From the sequence record SRR22947725_3573: a DNA stretch of 34,391 bases; one strand, given 5' to 3'. Of the stretch, positions 8,728 to 17,980 are shown piece after piece. Within the stretch, counting starts at the first letter, position 1. Each line of letters opens with the position of its first letter. The notes below the pieces were generated by a model. The model was not told the DNA's origin, searched no databases, and worked only from the letters and a program-made list of their open reading frames with translations. The position numbers and the translations under genes are program-made.

Positions 8728-9593
8728 TTTACCTTACTGGTGATTTACATGACATGAGCCTAAAGAGTGGCAATCAACAACACTGCCTTCAACGCTATGG
8801 ACTTAGCGAAATTCAAATCGCACAAAAATACCTAAAGCTTCTAGAAGAAACTCAAGTAAAAACCACATTTTTCATTACTGGCAGAGCGTTTAAAGATGAA
8901 TGGCAGGACCTCGAACAAGTCGTCTCTCACCCCTTAGTCGAAGTCGGCGGCCATACTTGGAACTGCTACCTAAGCCCTTGGTGTGAAATCACGGGTTTAC
9001 GACTTTTCCCCGACCTCTGGGCTCGCTTATGGAATAAACTTTCCCAAAGCTATAATGGTCCCAAATGGTACCACCGTTGCGATACCAAAAAGACTCTAGA
9101 CATTATCAAGGAAAAAACCGGTAAGGCGACTCAATTATGGCGCCACCATATGTATATGCACGGCCGTCATACTGATTCAGTTATGCAAGAGTGCGGCATA
9201 TCCCTTATTTCTGACGGTGTCCAAAAAGACTCTAAAGGACCGGTAAAAGTGGATTCCGGGCTATGCTCATTCCCCATAAATATCATACCCGACCACGAAC
9301 ACCTTATTCACGCCGAGCGGACCCCAGAGTGGATCGAAAAGTGGCAAAAGCGCTACAACTGGTCCGATGACTACGGCCCCGATTCTTACCCCATCAAAGA
9401 ATGGGCCGAGATCGCTTTAAATGGTCTACAGGAGAGAGAGAAGCAAGGAATTCCTTCACTCCTTATCATTCATCCTATCACCATGTACCTCTGCGATGAA
9501 TTCAAAGAAGTTAGGCGACTGCTTGAATTCATTGGTTCCTGTCAAAACGAATTTCTCAGTCATTCTCTGGAGGGGCAAAATGACCCCACCTAA
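8724..9593 (+). CDS. Polysaccharide deacetylase (CE4/NodB-like)
   Basis: YLTGDLHD, KTTFFITG, VEVGGHTW and a C-terminal IIHP. ATGA overlap with the upstream gene. Confidence 0.85.
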   Translation: MIYLTGDLHDMSLKSGNQQHCLQRYGLSEIQIAQKYLKLLEETQVKTTFFITGRAFKDEWQDLEQVVSHPLVEVGGHTWNCYLSPWCEITGLRLFPDLWARLWNKLSQSYNGPKWYHRCDTKKTLDIIKEKTGKATQLWRHHMYMHGRHTDSVMQECGISLISDGVQKDSKGPVKVDSGLCSFPINIIPDHEHLIHAERTPEWIEKWQKRYNWSDDYGPDSYPIKEWAEIALNGLQEREKQGIPSLLIIHPITMYLCDEFKEVRRLLEFIGSCQNEFLSHSLEGQNDPT

Positions 9594-10494
9594 AGTTTCA
9601 ATCATCATGCGCTGTAAAAACTCCGACTGGGTTATTGCTCAAGCTCTCGCAGCTCTTTACTCTCAGACCTTCAAAGACTTCGAATTACTTATTGTCGACT
9701 CCGGCTCTACAGACAAAACCCTCGAAATCATAAAGCACTACCCACACACGCTTATACAAATAGAGCCCAAAGACTATTTCCCTGGTGCCGTACTCAACAT
9801 GGCCATATCCAAAGCACGTGGAGAAATTATTGTATTTCAAAATTCAGATGCCGTTCCTCTTCTTCCCCAAACACTTGGAAAACTCCTAGACGCTTTCAAA
9901 GAGAAATCGACTGAAGCCGCTTTTTGCCGGCAACTTCCTCGGCCGGAAGCTGAAACTTGGGTCAAAATTGATTACGCCAAAAGTTTTCCCGATCAAAACA
10001 ACGCCGCTCCCTGGATAAGCCTCTCCTTACCGATGGCGGCCATGCGAAAATCAATCTGGCAAAAGCATAAGTTCTATACTAACGCTTGGGCTTCTGAAGA
10101 TACCGAATGGGGTCAATGGGCTCTTGATACAGGCCATAAGGTAAAGTATCTCAAAGACGCCTTGGTGATGCATTCTCATAATTATACTTTGAAACAACTC
10201 TATGGCCGGAAATTTGTCGAAGGCGAGGCGGATGCTTTTATTTACAAAACTAAGCCCCAATTCTTCAAATTTTTACAAAAGGCCCTAACCTGTACGATTC
10301 GCGAAGCCATAGAACACTTCCCCGACTTTGACATCTCTGGATTACTCAAAACCCCCAGTCGCTGTTTTGTCAGAGAATGGGCCTACTTCAAGGGTTTACA
10401 ACTGGGCACTCAACGCCGACTCAACAAAGACCCCGATAACAGTCAGGGACAGGTCGTCATTTTAAACTCCTATGACGATGGTCGACAAAAGTAA
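9580..10494 (+). CDS. Glycosyltransferase family 2 (rhamnosyltransferase-like)
   Basis: PKVSIIMRCKN, IVDSGSTD, NSDA, SEDTEW and HSHNY. The start is most likely ATG 9580 with a GGAGG SD, not 9421. Confidence 0.92.
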   Translation: MTPPKVSIIMRCKNSDWVIAQALAALYSQTFKDFELLIVDSGSTDKTLEIIKHYPHTLIQIEPKDYFPGAVLNMAISKARGEIIVFQNSDAVPLLPQTLGKLLDAFKEKSTEAAFCRQLPRPEAETWVKIDYAKSFPDQNNAAPWISLSLPMAAMRKSIWQKHKFYTNAWASEDTEWGQWALDTGHKVKYLKDALVMHSHNYTLKQLYGRKFVEGEADAFIYKTKPQFFKFLQKALTCTIREAIEHFPDFDISGLLKTPSRCFVREWAYFKGLQLGTQRRLNKDPDNSQGQVVILNSYDDGRQK

Positions 10495-10749
10495 ATCACT
10501 TTGACATACGGCTATTGACTATCTTTTTCGGAGGTGGTGACCTAAGGCCAAAGTTGTGATAATAAATTATTCCAAGCTTATCTTAATAAATGACGTCCAC
10601 AATCCAAACTATAATAAATTATTATTAAAGGACCGATCTTTTAAAGAGCATCTATTTTAAGGAAATAGTAAAAGTTTTTAGAGAGAGCTTAAAATAGCTT
10701 TACTTTTTCTATATATTTAACTACATAGAAAAATCAATTAAGAGCACAA

Positions 10750-13272
10750 ATGGCTGTCCGTTTCTACAGTATACATCTATTAATCCCATTCCTAATACTA
10801 TCAGGGATGTATAGTTCTGCTCAAGACCAAGTACACAGAAGTAAAAGAACAATCCCTAACCAAGAACCTCAAATTAAGACTAAATTAGAAGTTCACTTCC
10901 TTACAAATAAAAACATCATTATTGTCGGCGATTACAGCCCAAGTCTAAAAAAAAATATTCTTAGTCAGTGTAACGACTACCTCAAAGCGACTCAAAACTC
11001 CGTCTGGTGGTCTTACGAGTTTAGTCGGGATTTTGCTGCACTCGAAGTCGTCAACGCTTATCGCCCTCTTATTGCCAAGCGTTTTGCAGAAAAAAGCTAC
11101 TTTAGCATTACCGAAAATAGCATCATCAGCAATAGTTATTGGATGAACTCTACTGGCAAAATGAGACTGCGTGATCCTTATAAAAACAATCAGGAAATTG
11201 AGCTTAAAAATGGCGTTACTGTGGCCCACTTCGGCTATCTACGCCTCAAAAAACCCTTAATTCAAGGAAAGACCTACGCCTTGACCACAAAAGCTGGAGA
11301 AAAGGTAAGCTTCACCTATGACGAAAATAAGATTACCTCACGAGCCATTAAGGTCAACCAGGTCGGCTATCACCCAAATGCAGGCCTAAAATTCGCTTAC
11401 CTTGGCATGTGGCTAGGGATGAAAGATCAAAAAAGTCACAGCCTTGACCTCAGCCAATGGAAAGGCAAAAAGTTCTATTTAGTAAACAAAGACAAGAAAA
11501 ATGTCTTTGAAGGCCATATTGAGTTACGCCGTCAAGATGAAAGTGACCAAAAGGGTTTTCCGGTAACTGGTGAAACTGTCTATCAACTAGATTTCTCCAA
11601 TTTCAACAAACCAGGTCATTATCACATCCACGTTCCTGGCCTAGGAAATTCATGGCCATTTAAGATCCACAGTGACAGCATTGGCGAAGCCTTTTATACT
11701 CACACTCGCGGTCTTTATCACAAGCGCTGCGGCATCGCCAAAGAAAGCCCTTTTACTCATTGGCACATGGGAGCTTGTCACCAAGAAACCTTTGTCGGTG
11801 GTCACCTATCTTATGATAAAGACTATAAAAATATCACAAATTCTGGGGAAAAGGTCCCATATAAGCCCTTTCAAATGATTAAGGATACGGCAACAAAAGA
11901 GAAGCTTCCTATCTGGGGTGGCTGGCACGATGCCGCGGACTATGATAGGCGCCCTCTTCACTTCACTATTGTCCAAGACCTCCTAACACCGTACCTCATG
12001 GACCCTCAAAAATTTACTGATGGGCAACTCAATATTCCCGAAAGTGGCAATGGCCTACCTGACATTTTGGACGAAGCTGACTGGGGCATGCGCGTTTGGC
12101 TAAGAGCCCAAAATAAGAATGGCTCTATTGGCACCTGGATAGAAGCAACTTCTCATCCCAAAGAACACAACCCGTCAAAAGATACTCAGCCTTATTACAT
12201 ATCTGTTCCGACAAGAAATTCGACTATGGAGTATGCCGCTTATGCGGCCTTGATTGGCCATGCCTATTCTATCGCCGGAGACAAAGCTAAGTCACAAGAA
12301 TATATAATTTCTTCCGAAAAAGCCTTTAAATGGGCCCTTAATCCACTAAACGCCCTCAAGAAAAACTGGAAGTCCCAAGGGAAGACATATGCATATAATG
12401 AACCTGAGCTTAATGAAGAAATGGCCTTTAAAGCCGCCATCAACCTATTCATCACGACCGGAAATCGCAGCTACCTTAAAAGTTGTGAACGCTTTCAAAA
12501 AGCCTTTCTCAAAACTATCAATGACCTTCAATGGTATCGAAACCCATTCTTTTTCGCCGAAATACTAACCGTTAATAAAAACCTCCTACTGCGTTACCAA
12601 AAGCAACTCGCTGACGTCCTCCTGCAACAAGCCGATAAAACTCTTATCGACATGAACAACTATGCCTATAGAAATCCGTGGTGGAAACTCAATCATGGCT
12701 ACTACACCCATATGGGGTGGGGAACATGGCACCCTTTAAGAAAAGCTCGTGTTTTAGTAACGGCTCACTTCATAAGCGGTCAACAAAAGTATAAAGATGC
12801 TGCCTTTCTATGTAATGATTTCCAACTGGGCTGCAATGCTCTAGGCCGCAGCATGACATCAGGACTCGGCACAGTCTATCCTGTAAAGTTCCTAGACCTT
12901 CCCAGCTATACTGATGACATCGACGAATTTGTCCCTGGAATCACACCCTACCTGCTCACATACGGTATTTATTACAATGTCAAAAACTTAGCCTTTAACC
13001 TCAAAATACCTGCTAGGCCTGATCATAGTTTCGACGGCCTTAATACCACAATCCTTGGAAATGTCGATAAGGTTCAACCGATCTACAGACGCTTTGGAAA
13101 TCTAGAAGGTCTTAGTGTCCCTCAAGATGAATACACTGTCCATGAAACAATCGGCCCGGCAGTTGGTGTCACGGCTTACCTCATTGATCAAGGTTTTATG
13201 CCTTCAGAACAATTAAAAGATAGAAAACCTAAGGAATTCTCCGAACTCAAAGGTCGAGTACCGACTCCTTGA
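10750..13272 (+). CDS. Secreted glycoside hydrolase family 9 protein with Ig-like N-terminal module
   Basis: Signal peptide, IKVNQVGY, LDFSNFNKPGHY, GGWHDAADY, LNIPESGNGLPDILDEADW, LGCNALGRSMTSGLG and a C-terminal EYTVHET. Confidence 0.88.
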   Translation: MAVRFYSIHLLIPFLILSGMYSSAQDQVHRSKRTIPNQEPQIKTKLEVHFLTNKNIIIVGDYSPSLKKNILSQCNDYLKATQNSVWWSYEFSRDFAALEVVNAYRPLIAKRFAEKSYFSITENSIISNSYWMNSTGKMRLRDPYKNNQEIELKNGVTVAHFGYLRLKKPLIQGKTYALTTKAGEKVSFTYDENKITSRAIKVNQVGYHPNAGLKFAYLGMWLGMKDQKSHSLDLSQWKGKKFYLVNKDKKNVFEGHIELRRQDESDQKGFPVTGETVYQLDFSNFNKPGHYHIHVPGLGNSWPFKIHSDSIGEAFYTHTRGLYHKRCGIAKESPFTHWHMGACHQETFVGGHLSYDKDYKNITNSGEKVPYKPFQMIKDTATKEKLPIWGGWHDAADYDRRPLHFTIVQDLLTPYLMDPQKFTDGQLNIPESGNGLPDILDEADWGMRVWLRAQNKNGSIGTWIEATSHPKEHNPSKDTQPYYISVPTRNSTMEYAAYAALIGHAYSIAGDKAKSQEYIISSEKAFKWALNPLNALKKNWKSQGKTYAYNEPELNEEMAFKAAINLFITTGNRSYLKSCERFQKAFLKTINDLQWYRNPFFFAEILTVNKNLLLRYQKQLADVLLQQADKTLIDMNNYAYRNPWWKLNHGYYTHMGWGTWHPLRKARVLVTAHFISGQQKYKDAAFLCNDFQLGCNALGRSMTSGLGTVYPVKFLDLPSYTDDIDEFVPGITPYLLTYGIYYNVKNLAFNLKIPARPDHSFDGLNTTILGNVDKVQPIYRRFGNLEGLSVPQDEYTVHETIGPAVGVTAYLIDQGFMPSEQLKDRKPKEFSELKGRVPTP

Positions 13273-13324
13273 GTAGTAATCTACTAATGAAAGGACATTA
13301 TTAAAACCGTGTGTAATTTTCTCT

Positions 13325-14086
13325 GTGAGCGATACTCCAATGGATAAAATAAATATCCTCGACATTCATTTCGATAACATAAGTATGGCAGACTCAGTTC
13401 ACGCCATAGTTACTGCTACTGATGGTGAATCTCAAAAACACATGTCATTTATCAACGCTCATTGTCTAAATGTTTCCGTTAATGATCTAGAGTACCGGCA
13501 AATACTGCAAAAGAACGATCTGGTATTTCCAGATGGATGTGGAATTAACATCGCTTGTAAAATACTTGGAGAAACTGTTAATGAAAATGTCAATGGTACT
13601 GATATGCTTCGACTTCTTTGCCAAAGAATTATGGAAAAAGAAAAGTCCCTATATCTCCTTGGCTCAGAAGTTGGAATCGCCGCCTTAACGGAGACTAAAC
13701 TCAAAGAACAATTTAATAAACTAAAAATTGCCGGAACTCATCATGGTTTTTTTAATTTTGACACTGAGAGCGATAAAATTATTGACTCCATAAACAACTC
13801 AAAGGCAGACGTTCTTCTTATTGGCTTTGGAACCCCCTTACAAGAAAAGTGGATTCACAGATACGGTGATAGAATAAATTCAAAAGTGATTATTGGTGTT
13901 GGAGGACTTTTTGACTTTTACTCAGGAACGAAGCCTAGAGCACCTCTGTTTCTCAGAAAAATAGGTATGGAATGGTGCTTCCGCCTCTACCTAGAACCCT
14001 TTCGACTTTTTAGACGCTATGTCATTGGTAATCCTTTGTTCATTGCACGTATATTCAAATGGAAATTCACCCGCCCAAAAAATTAA
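13325..14086 (+). CDS. WecB/TagA/CpsF-family glycosyltransferase (GT26)
   Basis: FINAHC, PDGCGI, NVNGTD, GTPLQEKWI, GVGGLFDF, RAP, EWCFRLYLEPFRLFRRY. Alternative start at ATG 13340. Confidence 0.95.
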   Translation: MSDTPMDKINILDIHFDNISMADSVHAIVTATDGESQKHMSFINAHCLNVSVNDLEYRQILQKNDLVFPDGCGINIACKILGETVNENVNGTDMLRLLCQRIMEKEKSLYLLGSEVGIAALTETKLKEQFNKLKIAGTHHGFFNFDTESDKIIDSINNSKADVLLIGFGTPLQEKWIHRYGDRINSKVIIGVGGLFDFYSGTKPRAPLFLRKIGMEWCFRLYLEPFRLFRRYVIGNPLFIARIFKWKFTRPKN

Positions 14087-14175
14087 TGTTAATTTTATGG
14101 TAAATTAGTCATATTAGTATTTCTTAGAGAGTATAGTTAATACTATCATTCTAAAATTTAGGAAAAGGCTATTTC

Positions 14176-15561
14176 ATGAAATCAACATTAACACTCCTCT
14201 TTGCACTGACTGCGAGTCTCCTCTGTGGAGCAGCTGAAACCCCCAATATCATCATCATACTTACCGATGACCAAGGTTATAATGATCTGGGCTGCTACGG
14301 CTCTCCAAACATCAAAACTCCTCACATTGATCAAATGGCTAAAGAAGGTATGCTCTTTACAGATTACTATGTAGCCTCACCTGTTTGCTCAGCTTCTCGC
14401 GCAGCACTTCTAACAGGAAGATACCCAACTCATGTTGGTGTTCCTGGAGTATTCTTTCCAAACCGCGGTCACCATGGGCTAAAGCCTGAGCACCAAACAA
14501 TTGCTGAAGTCCTCAAAACCGTTGGATATTCTACTATGGCTGTGGGTAAGTGGCACTTGGGCGATCACAAGGAATTTCTCCCGACTAATCAAGGTTTTGA
14601 TTCTTATTATGGTATCCCTTACAGTAACGATATGACTCCTGCCTATAACATGGAGTACGCCGATGACTGCCTCTACCTAGAGGATATGAATCAAGAAAAA
14701 CTTAAAGAAGCCTTTGCCAAAAATCAAAAAAAGCCCGTTGGCATGAAAAATAAAGTTCCTCTTATGCGCAATGAAAAGTGTATAGAGTTCCCAACAGACC
14801 AAAGAACTATCAGTAAGCGTTTTACAGATGAAGGCATAAAATTTATCGACGAAAGCATTACTGCAAAAAAACCATTCTTCCTTTATCTCGCTCATAGCAT
14901 GCCTCACACACCACTTTACGTTTCCAAAGGTTTTGAAGGTAAAAGTGAGCGTGGATTATATGGCGATGTTATCGAAGAAATAGATCACAACGTTGGCCGC
15001 CTACTAACTCACTTAAAAAAGACTGGTATCGATAAAGAAACTCTTGTTGTCTACACTTCTGACAACGGCCCATGGCTCATTAAACATGATCATGGCGGTT
15101 CTGCGCTTCCTCTTTTTGAAGGTAAAATGACAACTTTTGAAGGCGGACAACGCGTCCCTGCTATCATTAAGTGGCCCGCAAAAATTCCAGCTGGAACAAC
15201 CTGTAAAGAAATGGCTCTTTCCATGGATCTCCTACCTACTATTGCTCATATAACTGGTGCCGAAATGCAATACAAAGACAAAATCAACGGCAAAAACATC
15301 CTCGCTCTTCTTAAAAATGAAGACGGTGCCAAAACTCAACATGAGTATTTCTTCTTTAAAAACTCAGCTGTACGCAGCGGCGATTGGAAATACCACAAGA
15401 AAGAATCTTTCAAACTTAAATCAACAGCTCGCAAAACTAAAGGCCCCACTCTTTATAACCTAAAAAAAGATATTGGCGAAAGTAAAAACCTGATTAAGGA
15501 ATACCCTGAAATTGCCGAGAGACTCAAAAATGCACTTGAGAAGCATAACAGCATAAAATAA
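14176..15561 (+). CDS. Secreted formylglycine-dependent sulfatase (S1, arylsulfatase A-like)
   Basis: Signal peptide, PNIIIILTDDQG, CSASRAALLTGRYP, GKWHLG, PHTP and SDNG. Confidence 0.96.
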   Translation: MKSTLTLLFALTASLLCGAAETPNIIIILTDDQGYNDLGCYGSPNIKTPHIDQMAKEGMLFTDYYVASPVCSASRAALLTGRYPTHVGVPGVFFPNRGHHGLKPEHQTIAEVLKTVGYSTMAVGKWHLGDHKEFLPTNQGFDSYYGIPYSNDMTPAYNMEYADDCLYLEDMNQEKLKEAFAKNQKKPVGMKNKVPLMRNEKCIEFPTDQRTISKRFTDEGIKFIDESITAKKPFFLYLAHSMPHTPLYVSKGFEGKSERGLYGDVIEEIDHNVGRLLTHLKKTGIDKETLVVYTSDNGPWLIKHDHGGSALPLFEGKMTTFEGGQRVPAIIKWPAKIPAGTTCKEMALSMDLLPTIAHITGAEMQYKDKINGKNILALLKNEDGAKTQHEYFFFKNSAVRSGDWKYHKKESFKLKSTARKTKGPTLYNLKKDIGESKNLIKEYPEIAERLKNALEKHNSIK

Positions 15562-15568
15562 CACCTTT

Positions 15569-15603
15569 GGCCTGTACCGTATAGAATACAGGCCTCCTTT
15601 TTT
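15569..15603 (+). terminator. Rho-independent terminator
   Basis: GGCCTGTA-10 nt-TACAGGCC followed by TCCTTTTTT, directly after the sulfatase stop. Confidence 0.7.
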
Positions 15604-15663
15604 CTAAAGTCTTTGTTAAGGTTACTCATGTAAGCCTAGTTTATTTTAAGTAAAAGCGAGCCT

Positions 15664-15719
15664 CCTAGAATTAACAACTGGTACTGCTGTCTATTGCTGA
15701 TAGGCCCTAGAATTAACAA
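15664..15719. repeat. 14-bp perfect direct repeat
   Basis: CCTAGAATTAACAA at 15664-15677 and 15706-15719. Confidence 0.85.
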
Positions 15720-15846
15720 TCCCTGCCAAAATAAGGCGGATTTCGTCCTATTTCCCATAACTTCTGTTATAGACTTTAGATACAGTCATTTATTATTTCT
15801 AGATCTCGTGAAGAAGTTTGTGCTAAAATAAATATAGAGACGAATT

Positions 15847-17498
15847 ATGAAATTAATTTTCCTTTCCTTTGTAATGACATTGATCACATTACAGGCTGAA
15901 ACCCCCAATATCATTTTAATGATTACCGATGACCAGGGCTATGGAGATTTTGGAGTCACTGGTAATCACTTGATAAAAACACCTCATATAGATGCTATGG
16001 CAGAGCGAGTCTTATGACTGGCCGCAGTAGTTATCGCACGGGTGTGACAGATACTTTTAAAGGTCGTTCGATTATGAGAACAGAAGAGTACAGCATGGCT
16101 GAAATGCTTAAGAAGAAAGGTTACGCAACAGGCCTTTTTGGTAAGTGGCACTTGGGCGACAACTATCCATTCAGACCAATGGACCAAGGTTTCGATGAGT
16201 CTCTATATCACTTAGGTGGTGGGCTCGGGCAGCCATCTGAACCTCTTGAGAATGGCCGTAGTTACACAAACCCGATTCTTTTCCAAAATGGTGCTCAGAA
16301 GAGCTACTCTGGCTACTGTTGCGATATCTACCACGAGGAAGCGATAAAATGGTTTGCCGAACAGAATAAAAAAGAAATACCCTTCTTTGCCTATATCGCC
16401 ACGAATACGCCTCACAGCCCTTTTCATGATGTCCCGGCGAAATGGTACAATTATTATAAAAGTATAGACTTAGGTAAAGCTAATTTCAGACAAGAGAAAG
16501 GTCACCCAATCGCCGGCAAAGATGATAATGACCGCACCGCTCGCATCTATGCTATGGTATCAAATATCGATGAAAATGTCGGTAAGATTTTTCGTGCACT
16601 TGATAAACTTGACATTACCCGAGAAACAATCGTTATCTATATGAGTGACAATGGTCCCCACGGGAACAGGTACGTCGGTGGTTTCAAAGGCACTAAAAGC
16701 ATGAGTACTGAGGGTGGTCTGCGATCTCCAATCTGGATTCAATACCCCGATAAATTCAAAGCTGGTGGTAAATCTAACTTAATCACCGCTCACTTCGATC
16801 TCATGCCAACCTTTGCAGAATTAACAGGTGCAAAAATGCCCATAGATAGAGCGATCGACGGCAAGTCTATCCTTCCTACTCTACTGGGTAAAAAACAACA
16901 ATGGAATGATCGCAAAATCATTCTCCAATCACACCGCGGGACTCAACCAGAAAGGCTGGTCAATACCGCTGTGATTTCACAAGACTGGAAATTGATGACG
17001 GATCTTAAAGGTAAGGCTGAATTATTCAATATGAAGAAAGACCCTTTTGCGACTAAAAACATCATCAATGAACACCCTGAAGCCAAAAAACAACATGAAG
17101 ATTTCTATGATGAGTGGTTCAAGAGTCTAGATAAAGAATACCCAAATATGTGGACACCTCATCACATAAAAGTCGGCACAAAATACGAACCTGAGACCAT
17201 GCTTACACGTCAAGAAATGCGACTCAATGAAGGACAGAAACTGCAAGCCTCTGTCTGCTATCTGGACTTTGTAGAGAGCAACAACTACAAAATCAGTTTT
17301 CTTACCAATCCTATAGCTAAAAATGTAAAAGCTGAACTTCTCTTAAATGGAAAAGTTGTGCAAACAAAAAGCTTCATAAATCAGGCTCAAATGAGTTTTG
17401 ATCCTCTAAAAATAAGCGCTGGTAAAACAGAATTTCGCATCATGCTTAAAGCCGACAAAAAGGCCACAATTCCCTGGCACATTTTCATTAAGAAATAA
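15847..17498 (+). pseudogene. Sulfatase pseudogene: active-site motif deleted, with frameshift
   Basis: ORF 15847-16017 (MKLIFLSF...[40 protein letters not shown]) continues in another frame as [15 protein letters not shown]... to 17498. The intervening F...SPVCxPT segment is missing. Confidence 0.9.
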
Positions 17499-17537
17499 AA
17501 AGTATAGTCTCCAGCACTCCCTAGTATAAATAGGTAC

Positions 17538-17573
17538 AAAAAAGCGCCAATAGACAACACTATTGACGCTTTT
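17538..17573. terminator. Bidirectional Rho-independent terminator
   Basis: AAAAGCGCCAATAG-6 nt-CTATTGACGCTTTT. The single mismatch becomes a G-U pair on the minus strand. Lies between convergent genes. Confidence 0.8.
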
Positions 17574-17594
17574 ATAAAGGGGCCCTTTAACTTC

Positions 17595-17824
17595 TCACTT
17601 CAGATCTAAGTAAATTTTTAGGAAATTAAGAGATGCTTTCATAGACTCATTAAACCACCCCTGAAAAACATAGTAACCATGGGGGGCTTCATAAAGCGTC
17701 TTGTAATTAGTTAAGACTCCTAATTGGGTCGCTGTCTTCCTGAAAAAACGGCATGAGTATCCATATTATCTTTTTCCCCACTTATAAAAAGCATCGGTGG
17801 ATCCCCTTTATCTAGATGAGTTAT
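17595..17824 (-). pseudogene. C-terminal remnant of an alpha/beta-hydrolase (HSL/BD-FAE-like esterase)
   Basis: Manual translation ITHLDKGDPPMLFISGEKDNMDTHAVF / FRKTATQLGVLTNYKTLYEAPHGYYVFQGWFNESMKASLNFLKIYLDLK*. Frameshift at the A6 run 17743-17748 and an in-frame stop just upstream. Confidence 0.7.
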
Positions 17825-17980
17825 ACACTTTCAGATATAAGCTCCAAAGCTCCATCTAGGCGGCTGATTTCCATAGATTCAAAAAGCTTGCTTGGTTTTT
17901 CAGAATTACTCTTGGCAACACAAGGTAAAATGATTCATAATATGCTGTATAAGCCACCACTAAAATGAAGGATTGTCACT

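Noticed and set aside
10559..10623. ATAATAAATTATT repeated at 10559 and 10611
   Set aside because: All A/T within a very AT-rich spacer, so plausible by chance.
15664..15719. Mini-CRISPR interpretation of the direct repeat
   Set aside because: Only two 14-bp copies, too short, and no cas genes.
16014..17498. 494-aa ORF as an intact sulfatase
   Set aside because: It lacks the signal peptide, DD motif and catalytic Cys. It is the 3' part of a broken gene.
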